Below are positions 38,019 to 51,065 of a stretch of 64,000 nucleotides of DNA, in pieces. Origin of the DNA: Octopus sinensis (Eukaryota); contig NC_042997.1 in the NCBI RefSeq assembly GCF_006345805.1, positions 83,142,001 to 83,206,000 on the forward strand, written 5' to 3'. Position numbers and translations under genes: made by a program. Under the pieces are notes generated by a model. It saw only the letters and a list, made by a program, of their open reading frames with translations, made no database searches and was not told the DNA's origin. Within the stretch, counting starts at the first letter, position 1. The number at the start of each line of letters is the position of its first letter.

Positions 38019-38384
38019 TGTATGTATGTATGTATGTATGTATATATATATATGTATGCATGTATATATATATATATACTTTACAGATATAGGGTGAAAG
38101 ATAATTAATTTAATAAAATCAACAAATTTCACCTAGTAGTATTTCGGTATGGAAAAGAACCATATTCGGTAAAAACTTATAGAAAAAGTTTTTTTATATA
38201 TAAATATAACAATAAGGGTTTAGCAACAAGTTGGTGGTCAAGCAACTTGTTGCTAAACCCTTATTATTTTATATATGTGTGTGTGTGGGGGGGGGTGTTA
38301 GTGTGTATTTATATATGTATTTATATGTATATATATATATATATATATAATATATATATATATATATAATATATATATATATAT

Positions 38385-39421
38385 TGTTACGAATCACCTG
38401 CCGTCGCTCAAACTCTTCGGAAAACTCGGGACCCTACCAAGTCGAGCCACGGACTCGGAGAGAGAGAATTCGGCGGGGGGAAGGCGGCAGCGAACTCGGC
38501 AACCGGCGACCGGAGAGAACAACAAACAACAAACAACAGCAGGAAGAGATACAGAGAGACACGGCGGAAGGTAATTTGGCTTACGTTTAACAACAATTGT
38601 TTATAACAATTATTACATCAAATACATGCAAGAAAACAAGGAAACAACAAAATCAAAGCATTTAAACAGAACACTTCGTTCTGTTACAATCAAAGGCATG
38701 CACAATACAGAACGTCCGAAGCAATCAAAACAGTTCAGATCCAATTAAAACAAATAACGTTCACATTATAGTTCAGAGACAAATCAGTTCTACATTAGAG
38801 ACTTTCTCTTTCTTTGCTTTCCGCAATTCTGTAACACAGTTCTTTTCACAATCTCCTTTCCTTAATTCAGTACTTCTTCCTCCTTTTTTCAACACATCAA
38901 TTCTTTTATATTTCAACAATTCTTTTTCCTTCATAAATAAAAATACCATTACGAGCTACTACAATAGCCAGTGCCCTCATACCGTAGTCCCTCTCTCTTA
39001 GCTCCTTAATCCTATCTGTCTGTCACCTCTACGTTGTCGTTGCCTCTCGCCGTAATCCTATCTGCCTGTCTTCCTCTTTCACATTCACTGTCATTCTCTC
39101 ACTTGTCATCCCTCACATTGTCTGTCAGTCTTTCTCAACTGACCGCCTTCGCCATCGCCACCTTCTTGGCTGACCGTCCGTATCACTCCCGTCTCTGGCC
39201 AGAAATGCCAGCCGACTGTTTTCCAAACTCACAGCTCGTGCTTTTTATAGGGTAGCTTCCTCGACCCCTCTTTGACCGGAAAAAGGGCAGAGGTCTCTCC
39301 AAAAGTCATTACTCTTTCGTGAATCTGGCAGAACAAAGGACAATAACTTTAGATCCCAGACTTTCAGACTACAAACGAGCAAAGTAGGTCATAGCAGTTG
39401 TTTCCCGAATTGACCTACTCA

Positions 39422-39428
<7 letters not shown>
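38385..39428 (-). mobile_element. Probable solo LTR (about 1.04 kb) in a (TA)n tract
   Basis: One end TGTTAC../..GTAACA, the other catatcact (one mismatch from ..ACA); atat flanks; CTATAAAAAGC on the minus strand at 39240-39250; no coding capacity. Confidence 0.5.
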
Positions 39429-39459
<31 letters not shown>

Positions 39460-39489
39460 TATAAACATATATATGTGTGCGTGTGTATG

Positions 39490-39594
<105 letters not shown>

Positions 39595-39993
39595 AAAACA
39601 AAATATGGAACAAGAACGTAACAGGCGACAAAGCATCTGGACAATTAGACGATACAAAAACGCACAAGAAAAAACAAGGACGGGTCATTCGGAGCTTCCT
39701 ATCCTCAGTCGAGTTCCATTTTACATCAGAGTATCGAAGAAGATAATGTGCCTGTGTACCATTTTTCTTTATGTACCGTTCACAGTAAACCAACGTCATT
39801 TGACCCGCTAAAAATAGCAGTCAATCTTCTTCAAATTATATTCAGAACCATCTTAGAAAAGCAGAATAAATTGGGGTTAAGTCCTAACTTCGGATCGGAT
39901 TAAATCGAAAGTAAAATTTTAAGACAAATTACAAACCAAAAACAAAGATGTGTCAGTATAAACGCTGCTCGAATATGTCCCTATCTTACATAT

Positions 39994-40405
39994 TTTACTT
40001 GTTTCAGTCATTGCACTGCGGCCATGCTGGGGCACAACCATGGAGGGTTTAGTCGAACAATTTGACCTCACTACTTAGTGTTATTTTTTGAAATCTGGCA
40101 CTTATTTTATCGCTTTTCTTTTCGCCGAACTGCTGAGTAAATAAACCAACACCGGTTGTCAAGAAGTGGAAGTACACACACACGCACACATACACACACA
40201 CACACACTCACATATACACACACACACATACACACACGCACACATACGACGGGCTTTCTCATGGTTTCCATCTATCAAATTCACTTATAAAGCATTAGTC
40301 ACCCCAGGGCAATAGTAGAAGACACTTGCCCAAGGTGTCGCGTAGTGGAACTGAACCCTAAACCACGTTGTTGCAAATGGAGTTTCTTTGCTATACACCT
40401 ATACC
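39994..40405 (-). mobile_element. tRNA-derived SINE, family A
   Basis: Reverse complement of the family A head, core and tail. Confidence 0.8.
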
Positions 40406-40973
40406 ACGCTTTTTATGTAATATTCATGAATATTTCTAAATATATGTAATATTCCTAACTTTTTCTAAATATATGTAATATTTCGAGACGTTATTTACAT
40501 TACACGTAACAAACACTGTTTACTGTAATGGGAATGGTTCATACAGAACAATTATTTTTTTTACAAGAAATGTGACTTGCAAACAGCTAGAAGTTTGTTT
40601 GGGATTTTTTTTCCTTCCATTTAGCTCTCCACATGTTTATGTAATTATTAATGAGAAAAAATACCTGCATTGTCATCGAATTTTTTTCATCTGAGCATCC
40701 ATCACACTTTATTGTCTGAGTATGAAAATGCAACATTTCGATTCTTGTAGTAGTGTGTATTCGTAAACTAACATTTCGTTTCTGACTAGATTTTTCATTT
40801 TCTGTCTCATTCTCACCATCGTTTCAAATCGACTCCAGAATAGGAGTTCACCTCTATCGGATAATCTTAGCACAACAATACCTGTATGAAAGACGAGATG
40901 GTTACGGCTGGAATACTTTTGTTCGTATCGCATGTATGGAAAGCAGGAGTTGTAAAAAGTGTTTCAATTTTGA

Positions 40974-41430
40974 ATTGAACTGGTACTACCAATTAGTACC
41001 AGTTCAATACCATGAAGCACAAAAGGCCACAACACCAACTCTCCAGCCAGCTCCGTTTTCTGCTACTGTTCTGGTCTCATTCCAACTTCTCTACCCTTCT
41101 CATCTCCTTTCCTTGTCAATGGTCCTTCGCCATGTGGTTTTAGGGCACCTTGTTGTTCTTTTCCTCTCAGAGTTCCACTTTAGTGCAGCCATACAAAGGC
41201 TTTCTCGATGTAGATACAGACTGCAAAACGAAACTGAAGCTGTTTAAGATACTTGTTCGACCAGTATTACTCTGTGGGTGTGAAAACTATAAAGCGACAA
41301 AATGGAAGGAAAATAATGGACAACTTCCAGTTCACATGCTTAAGAAGAAATACTAAACATCAAGAATGAGTCAAAAACTGAGAGAAAAACAGGTGTCAAA
41401 AAATACCAGTAACGAAATAAGACTCATGTC
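40974..41430. mobile_element. RTE-clade LINE fragment with 5' inversion
   Basis: Minus 41205-41000 reads AALKWNSERKRTTRCPKTTWRRT...WRVGVVAFCASWY (RT C-terminus); plus 41206-41430 reads KTKLKLFKILVRPVLLCGCE...FQFTCLRR (upstream RT segment). Confidence 0.7.
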
Positions 41431-41790
41431 CTCAAACCGATTAGATTTACCAGACGTTTACTATAGGAGACAGAATTCTAATCGTGACTATCTTGTCTTC
41501 TTTCTATGTGCTGGGAACCCAGTACCACATTATCCAGCATATCCTTTTCTAAGATGTTTTGCCGTTGATTTCAGAGTTATTTCTAGTAGGTCGAGCAATT
41601 AAATGAGTGTTCCCTGTTATTGTTGCTGTTGTTGCTCGACTTTGTTAGTTGAGGATGAGCAGATCAACGAACAATACATATATACATACATGTATACATA
41701 CATACATACATACATACATACATACATACATACATACATACATACATACATACATACATAAACACACACACATATACATACATACATACA

Positions 41791-41821
<31 letters not shown>

Positions 41822-43092
41822 GGGGGTTACTGTAAAGTTCTTGGCTTTAAGGGTATCGCGAAAGGCTTGAGGTCCAACCTTCCGAGTTCTTTTACAGGAC
41901 TTCGAAAAACTGAAGGACTTCTACAATAAGTGTGTGAATTTGAGAGGGAAATATGATGGGTAAAATCATAATTGATTGATCATCCTCTATTCTCTTTTAC
42001 CTAAAGCCAGGAAGTTTTCAGTATTCCCTCGTACATACATACATACATACATACATACATACATACATACATACATACATACATACATACATACATACAT
42101 ACATACATACATACATACATACTAAAACGTAGTGCAGGTGAATTATTGGATTGCAGGTATTCTTCGTGTGGTGGTTAACGTTGTCTAAACGCCATACGTA
42201 ACTTAGCCTTCTCTTTTCTTAACATTAAAAATGAAATCTAAAATCTAATTTACGGAAATGAGCTGTTATAGTAATTAGAGAAATAAATACTTCGCAATTA
42301 TAAATTATTTCGATGACTATGTACTTTTGTAAAGTTCTTGCCAAAGCTTATCGAGTGTTTTCTGTTTTTCTTACTTCGACTATTTCCGTATATCATTGGT
42401 TTCGACACCACAATATATAAACAGTGAAATTCTCATAAGACACTCTTTAGAATCCTGGTGATGACGAAATCGCGTGTCAAAAAATTATGATATAAGACTT
42501 TTATAAACATCTGACAGTTACAAACACAATCACATCTAGAGGAGACACAAAGTATATAATCGTATTTTCTGGCATACAAGGCCACGTAGTATATAGTCCC
42601 TATCTTTCTAAATCCTGCTGAATTTCGCATGGAACTTTTGGTCCTCCAAAGTTATTTCGGTGTATAAGTAGACCTACCTTTCTTTTGGCTGTAAATTTCG
42701 ATCTGAATACCGAAAAACACGGCTTGCATATTATTTCAACATACAGCCTCATTTTATTTTATTTTCATTTTACTTGCACTAATATAGCATTATTTAATTG
42801 CTTTAATTTTATTATTTATATATCACTATATAATTGCTGTAAACCTAATAGTTTTCATTTTCTACAAATTTTATTTTTATTGACTAGCTAGCAAGAGTTG
42901 CTGTTTTGCACAAACAAAATATTTTCCATACAGCTGTCAAGCATTATTTCTGTAATTATCTCTGTTTGCCTGACTGTCTCTCTCACTCCCCCCTCTCTTT
43001 CTCTCTCTCCCCCTCTTTCTTTCTCTCTCTCTCTCTCTCCCTATCTGTCTGTCTATTTCTCACGCAACATATACACACACATGTACACACAT

Positions 43093-43136
<44 letters not shown>

Positions 43137-43169
43137 GAATATATGTGTGTATATGTGTGCGTGTGTGTG

Positions 43170-43208
<39 letters not shown>

Positions 43209-44038
43209 GATTACAAACAATGGCAATAGAATAATAAAGTCCTTTTATTACGTTAGTTTACAAGTGTTTCATTGAAATTTGATCTCATGAATACTGCCAT
43301 ATTATGCGATAAAATACGCAGCAATTTATTCATGAGGCCTCTACCCCAACTCATCAAAATTATATAGATGATTCATTTGTTGTATATACTTGAATTTTCA
43401 ATAATTTACAACCTCCTTTTCTAAACGGCTGACAGAAGAAAACATACCTCAAGATGTGAACGTTATTGAAGAACATTGATATAAAGCGTTTTTTGAGATT
43501 GAAACAAGCCTATAATTTATAACTTTCCCTAAAAAAAAAAAAACCATTTTATCCCGATTATTTTTCTACTCATATCTTTATTCACCCTTCTTATTCACTG
43601 GATAATATAAATCAGTGATTTGTTTCGTTTTGATTCACTTTATATATGCAAATGTAATCATTTAATCATGCCTAACTCAATGTGAGCATAAATTCAAGTA
43701 TCAACAACAAATGATCTTATAGACAATTTTGAGTTGGGTTCAAGATCTCATGAATAAATTCTTGCATATATTATTGGATAGCATAGAAATGTCCATGAGA
43801 TCGAATTTATATGAAACAATTGTAAATAGATATAAGAAGAGGACTTGTTTACTCTATTCTTCCTGTTTCTAATCGAAAAAACTCTGCCGGTACTTGTGGA
43901 TTTTCAGGCATGCCTTTGATAAGACAAAAATCTTCGGACTACTGTCAGTTAGGTAAACTGTACACATGGATGAACTTAATAAGGTAAATTCTATTGAAGG
44001 CAAACTTAATAAGGTAAACTCGAGTGAAAGTATATATA

Positions 44039-44935
44039 CTAGCGGAAAGACCACCCCGCGGGTAGTTTTCTGCTAGTTCTTAGGTTATTCAATTCCCAAT
44101 TCGTGTAATTTTTCTGATATGTTAAGTCTAATTTTCCTTTGCATCCTTTATTCGTTTAATACTACTCACTGCTCAGTAAACGTAGGGCATACCTACATAA
44201 ATTACCCCACCCCACCCCACCCACAGAATTTGCTTCTTTATTCCTTTCTGAGAAATGGATATTCATTGATGAAAATTTCTAAAAATACATTTTAGATGGT
44301 GTAGATTGCGATTATATAAAAATTTGTGGTGAAAAGCATTTTTGGAGAGGGGTTTTGTGTAAGTCACGTGCCTCAATTTTGTTTCCTCTTAGCTTTCAGA
44401 ACATTGGGTATTTTTTAATGAGACTTTCTACAAATGACTTTCAAATGGTTTAGATTACGATTATATAAGAGTGTAATGTAGAAAAAATAGTGAGAGGACG
44501 GATATTTTATGCATTTTGATTTTGTTTCCTCTTGTTGTAATGATTTAATTACAATTATGTTGAAAAAAGAAATTTCTGAGGCTCTTTTAACAACATTGCA
44601 TTCCACTTCCAACAAAGATTTCTTTCACAGAATTTTCTGGAAAGCGGGAAATAGTCCTCCGAAATATTTTTTAGGCATAATTGTAATGAAATTATCAAAA
44701 TATATAAGGAAAACAAAGTCGAGAGACATGAAATATCCCCTCCGCATTTCTTTTTCACTCTAAATTCCTATATAATCGTAATCTATACAATCTTAAACAT
44801 GTTTTTAGAAAATTTCATTAAAGAATACCTATTTTCCTGAAAGTTATGAGGGGGAAAAATTGGTGGGTGGCGGTGTACTCTTTTGTCGTTATACCCAAAT
44901 AACGAAAGCAAATTAAAGCTAGCTTTCTTATTCAG
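44039..44935 (-). mobile_element. Helitron-like element with internal tandem and inverted subrepeats
   Basis: CTAG (44039-44042) with an adjacent GC-rich hairpin-like segment; a diverged unit near 44230-44350 and 44380-44510 recurs inverted near 44700-44860. Confidence 0.4.
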
Positions 44936-45302
44936 TTTTTCTATTTCCTCAACAACAGGATACTGAAATCAACATAATGTGGTTGACGCTGGAATAAAAT
45001 TATAATTTGTATGAAAATACCTGGACAACCTTTATATTTCCAGAAGTATAAACAAACGTTAGACTATCCTGCAGTAAATTGAAATGTCGTATTGGATAAA
45101 ATTTATGATTGAAGGGGGTACTTGAAATATTCGATAATAAAAGAAACTTCAACAACACATTTTGATAAAAAATATATGAGAACTGGAATTATAGAATATT
45201 TCCAGACATTCTAGTCTTTAATAATCGTCTTCTTTTAGTATAAGTTACGTAATACCACCTAACTCATAAGTAGATTTCTTTATCGATATTATTATTATCA
45301 TC

Positions 45303-45627
45303 ATATGTTTGACTTTTGCTTTGCATTTGTACAAGTTGGCTCCAGGTCACACTCAGAGACCTCAAGAGACAACAAGTTAGAAGTTCATGTTGGTGTTATG
45401 CCTAGGATGTCATATATTTGGTTTTTCACATAGTATTGTTCTAGAGAATGTTTAAGAAAACATAAGAAAATTTTGAGTTTGTTTTAAAATTTGAGATTAC
45501 ATAGACAGTATTTTACGTAGGATATGAGTAGTTCCCATGAGTACTATCTTCTGAATTTCTACCATTTTGGGGTTTCCTAGTATCTGAGCTAGGTAGCCCT
45601 TTTTGCTATCATTCCTAGGTATTGTTT
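45303..45627 (-). mobile_element. 5'-truncated copy of the same R4/Dong-like element (ORF end + 3' UTR)
   Basis: Reverse complement aligns to about 6250-6584 with small deletions; (ATT)n at 45287-45298 and 45628-45700 on both sides. Confidence 0.9.
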
Positions 45628-45640
45628 ATTATTATTATTA

Positions 45641-45694
<54 letters not shown>

Positions 45695-45699
45695 TATTA

Positions 45700-45900
45700 T
45701 ATCATATTCAACCCTGTATCCATGCACATTTTTCTCTCTCCTTTTTTTTTGTTCTCTCTCCATGTTTTCTTCTCAACCCGCTTTGACGAAGAACGTACGT
45801 TCAAAACGTCAAAGACTTTTCCATTCTTCCCGAGCGTCAAACTAATACACCTTCTTGTTCCTTCACCTGTCTTCGTCTTTTGTTTTCTGTAAATTTGAAC
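45700..45900 (+). mobile_element. PLE-like terminal-repeat family (also about 61045-61255 -)
   Basis: Shared gaaga.cgta.g.t.(g/a)aaacgtcaaagact..cttcccgag.gt.aaactaatacac..gtcttcgtcttttgttttctgtaaatttgaact. Confidence 0.55.
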
Positions 45901-45938
<38 letters not shown>

Positions 45939-46343
45939 GTAGAAAAGTATGAATTAGTTCGTACTTTAAGTATGAATTACATGTGAAATTAATGTTTATC
46001 TGCTTATGTGCTAAGAATATTGATCTTAAAGACCGCTTTAGTCAATTATGTATGTACATACAAGCAAGTCCCATTTAAATGTACGACAACGTAATAGCGT
46101 TATGGAGTTTACCGACCTGTCATAAATTGAACTCTTAACAACCGCGAATTTATTCTATGGTGTTTATACATCAATTCTCTATATGGATATATAGATGTGA
46201 ATCGCTCGATATGACTGTTCAACGAATTAATTTAATAATTGATTGATTAATTAATTAGTGGATTACGCATGCAACCATTGTATAATGCTGATACACTTTC
46301 TCGAGCTTTTTGAAACACGTAGGCGAATAAAGCTATGTACGAC

Positions 46344-46594
46344 CATGGGCCCGGGAAGAAGGGGTACAGGCGGTGTGCTTGCACCCACTAAAATTTTTGT
46401 GGAGTGCAAAATAAAGATTTGCACCCCTACTTACATTTCTCAGGTGTAGAAAATCTGTAAACCGGTAAAATGTAACTTGAATTAGGTTTCGTCTCAAAGA
46501 ACAAAGAACATAAATAAAAACACATGACCTTCTTTGTAATAACTTTTGGGCCTGGGTTTGCACCCCCTAAGCAAATTTCATTCCCGAGCCAATA
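46344..46594. mobile_element. hAT-like MITE
   Basis: Ends catgggcccgggaa / ttcccgagccaata; 8-bp TSD tgtacgac / tgtacaac (7 of 8). Confidence 0.7.
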
Positions 46595-46826
46595 TGTACA
46601 ACTATAAGTCCTCATTATTTGTGTGATTTCTATTATACTCTCTGAATAATGTACCGAATTATCAATTGCCGAATAATCTCGTATTTACAGTTTGTACCTG
46701 TCACATGGTATATCTGACTCATATGAATTGCTGTACACTTCAATGGACATTCTGTTAGCCTGGTTTATCACATAGACTATTTGCTGAGGTAGGTGGCGCT
46801 TGAATTTTTTTCAATTTCTATTTCCC

Positions 46827-46905
<79 letters not shown>

Positions 46906-47865
46906 GCGCGCGTGTGTGTGTGTGCGTGTGTGTGTGCGTGTGTGTGTGCGTGTGTGTGTAAAGGATAGATGAGATCATGATAGCCAATGTCCATCCGATA
47001 TTGTGTGCACAGGCTAAATCCTGCTATTTCTCATGGACAATCGTAGTTCTTGCAGCAACCTGGTATGGTACAGAAAACAATGGCTGTTGAGTGGATGGAC
47101 ACGTTTTCACCAATGTGCAGGCATAACAGGTTCAGTCAGCATGGAAAAAATGTTAATGAAAATGTAGGCATGGTTTACCACATTAATGGCAGTGAGAGAC
47201 CCTTAGTCCTTGTTAGGACAACACTCTATAAAAAAGAAAACTGATGTAAAACTTGCAACTCGATGGCAGCCAAAGATGTTGATTTGTTCTTTTGGGGGTA
47301 TCTGTCATCGTTGTTCAGAGAGTGAAACTGGCTTTGTGCAACGTCTCTCTTCACTGATTTTGTGCAAAGTCTCTTTTCATTTTACAAAGCATCATGCACA
47401 AATATCGCTTGGCATACAGGCAGCACCCTCGTCATTCACTTTTTCTTCCTTCTTTTATAGACTGGCCGTAACCTCAAAAGGTAAATTACATTCAATGAAA
47501 ACTAATAGAATTTATAACAATGATGCAGTCAGTGGCAATAGGGGCTCTGAAACGAACTGTCAAAGAGTTTAGGCTGGCAGGTGTCGTAGAGGACCGAAAT
47601 CCAGGCCCGGTCTTCATCCTGGGACTATGAGAAAATATAAGCCTACCAATATCGGCTACTGCAAATCTAAACTCTTCTAGGTAATAGATCAACGTCCTGA
47701 AAGATCTGCACCTGCAGCAAAGGAACAACAGCTCTATAACATGAACATTACAGCGTTTCACTCCTGTGTTACTTACTCATACATAAGACTGGTTCTGAAA
47801 TGCTTCAAAAGATGGCTATTCTCAAGAACTAGAAAGCGGTCATCATGTATAGATATTAATACACA

Positions 47866-47899
<34 letters not shown>

Positions 47900-48553
47900 T
47901 ATTTGTTTTTAAAGAGCAAGCTGCCGAGCTAGTTGTGTTTATGGATATTCCACCCAATCCTCAACAGTTGACTGTAAATAATATGGGCAAAATAATGCCA
48001 TTTGAAGAAAAAAATGTCAGCAAGTCGTCGTGTTTGAAACAAAAATTACAAGAGGATTTCAGAATGAGCTTTAAATTCAGTATGAAACAGGTTATATAAA
48101 ACAACTTGGATTTTAGTTGTTCTGAACTAGAAGCTGATGTCTCTACCGGGCAGATGACAGCGTCCCATTTCCTCCCAGTGTTCCCATTTCACCCTTTCCC
48201 ATCAACTGCTGGCAACGTCTTTTACTGTGAATACGCAATCTGCTTCACTATTACTACTGCATTCTTTGATATTCTCTCGGGAATTTCTCCTCACTGAAAT
48301 ATTTATGTAAACATACAATACTCTTTATTGCTTAGAAATTCTTGTAAAACTGGGGTTTATTTCCGATTTTCTTTTTTTTACTTTATTTTTATTTATTTAT
48401 TTTCGAAAAACGTCTCGTCGGAACACATAACGTGGAAATATCTATGGGAAAATAAATTTTTGCGTTTTGAAATTTTACGTTACGGCAATGTTTTCAGAAA
48501 ACAGCATCTCATAACGCGAAAGATATTTGTATAAAGATTCGGATTCACATATC

Positions 48554-48646
<93 letters not shown>

Positions 48647-48806
48647 TCACTCACTCACTCACGCTCTCTCTCTCTCCCTCTCTGTCTGTCTGTCTATCTC
48701 GCTCACTCATTCTCTTTTTCCACAGACACACACACACAAACACACACACACATAGAGATAGATATGATATATATATATATATATATATAATATATATATT
48801 ATATAT

Positions 48807-48843
<37 letters not shown>

Positions 48844-48954
48844 GGAGAAAGGGATAAATAGAAAAAGAGAGTGTAGGGAAAACCAGACAGCAGAAGAGAA
48901 AAAGAGAAGGAAAGCAAGAAAGAGCGAGAGACACAGAAACAGTGATAGATAGAG

Positions 48955-49020
<66 letters not shown>

Positions 49021-49290
49021 GTAGAGAGAGAGAGAGAGAGAGGAGGGAAAGAGGGAGAGAGGACATGCGTGAATGAGCAAATGATCGTGCGCGATATGTG
49101 CATAGATATATAAATAGAGAAGGAGAGAGGAGAGAGAGAGAGAGAGAGGAGATGAAGAGAGTATGTGTGCGTGTGTGTGTGATGAGTGTGAAAGAAAGTT
49201 TAAGCAAGAACCTTAATGCAGCTTTAATCAGCAATTTATCAAAAATTTGATTTCTAAGGAAACAGAACACTTTGGCAAAACGGTATATAT

Positions 49291-49324
<34 letters not shown>

Positions 49325-49388
49325 GCGTCTATAGAGATGGAAATCAGAACGGTCTTGCAAGGGTCATTTTATTATTATTATCATTATT

Positions 49389-49436
<48 letters not shown>

Positions 49437-49552
49437 ATTTAATGAGCATATCCACTCCTTTATGCAACGAATACTTTAAAGATTATAGATTTTCGTCGCT
49501 ACTCAAAAGGAAATATGCAACAGTTTGTGTGTGTGTGTGTGCGTGCGCGCGC

Positions 49553-49625
<73 letters not shown>

Positions 49626-50132
49626 TGTAAAGGAATGGCCTGGGGGGAAATAGCCTGAATTTTCAGACGTAAAAGAGGAAGTTGATATGATGCTTCCTGA
49701 TTCCCTAGTAAAAGAATTTTCCACCACACTCTATCAAATTCCTCCTTGAGAACAGCAACTACGACAACGACGACAACAACAACAGTTATATACAGTTTAG
49801 ACTTATAAGTGTGTATACATATATATGTGTATGTGTGTGTGTGTCTGTATGTGTGTGTGCGTGTGTGTGTGTGCGTATGTGTGTATGTGTACATATATCA
49901 TACATGTGTGTAAAAATGTGTGTATACATATGTATATATGGCCACCATTTACATATACAGGTTAGCGAATATATATATATATATATAAGCATTCATTGAA
50001 AAAAGTGTGTATGTACATATATATATATATACATATATAATACATCTGCATGATTGGCATGTGTATACATACACATATTTTATATTTATTACTGTTTCTG
50101 TGTGTGTGTGTGTATGTGTGTGTGTGTGTGTG

Positions 50133-50191
<59 letters not shown>

Positions 50192-50524
50192 TGTGTGTGA
50201 GTGTGTAGGTGCAGATATACATATACATATAAATCATACCGTCCCCTTGATGATTGAGCTAGTATTGGTGATGTTATAAATAACTTTTCTGAAATAGAAA
50301 ATAGAAATAGATCAAATGTAAGGGGTGTGGCTGTATTGAGAAATTGTGTTTTGTGTTTACAGGCGTAATGTGATGTTACTATATCCTAGTATGGAAATAT
50401 AGTATGTTGAGAAGAACGTCAGTCAAAAAACCACGTGTTTGTGTTGATTATATTGCTTAAATGTTTGAGATGAATTGTTGTCGATATGGAGAGAATTTTT
50501 TCAAAACTATTAGCCTAATGTTCC

Positions 50525-50822
50525 AAGATACATCTCACGGAAGCTCTGGAATCCATCATCGGTGATATTTCTGAGATCTCATGGGATCTGAAGATTTTTC
50601 AACATCAGATCCTCTCTCCCAGTTGAGCTGGTCGAGGTTTGATCAAATCCGCAGCTGCTTCGCACTTGTAGCAAACCATTGGTCTGCCCGCTTTATCCAA
50701 AGCCACCTTGTAGCCTTCTCTGAAGCTTCAATGATGAAATCTATGGCCCTCCTCTTAGCTATACCTATAACTCCAAGCTCAGAGGTTCCAAAATGAACGT
50801 CCAGCAAAACCTCCGCAGCTCC
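50525..50822 (-). mobile_element. 3' end of an RLE-type LINE, HERO-like
   Basis: LGVIGIAKRRAIDFIIEASEKATRWLWIKRADQW followed by a 3' UTR with tgatcaa...ctgatgttgaaa...ctgatgatg-like blocks (recalled HERO-type terminus). Confidence 0.65.
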
Positions 50823-50867
50823 CTTCAATTACCTCCAGTAGGGTTTTTTTTATTTCTTTCAAAGGGT

Positions 50868-51065
50868 AGTACATTCTAGGAGCCATCATCAGGGATGCTT
50901 CTGGAGTCCTAGGGAGTTTGGAGATTTCAGTATCAGGCATTCTCGCTCATTTAACTCAATCGGGTTTTGATCAAGTCCTAGATTTTGTCCCAATGGCAGC
51001 AAACCGCTGGTCAGCCCTCTTTATCGCGTTGAGGCCAACTTTGCTTTTGGTCTTTCTAGCGTTGA
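50868..51065 (-). mobile_element. Second, more diverged HERO-like 3' end
   Basis: ataaagagggctgaccagcggtttgctgcc...cttgatcaaaaccc...cctgatactgaaa...ccctgatgatgg parallels the adjacent copy. Confidence 0.55.
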
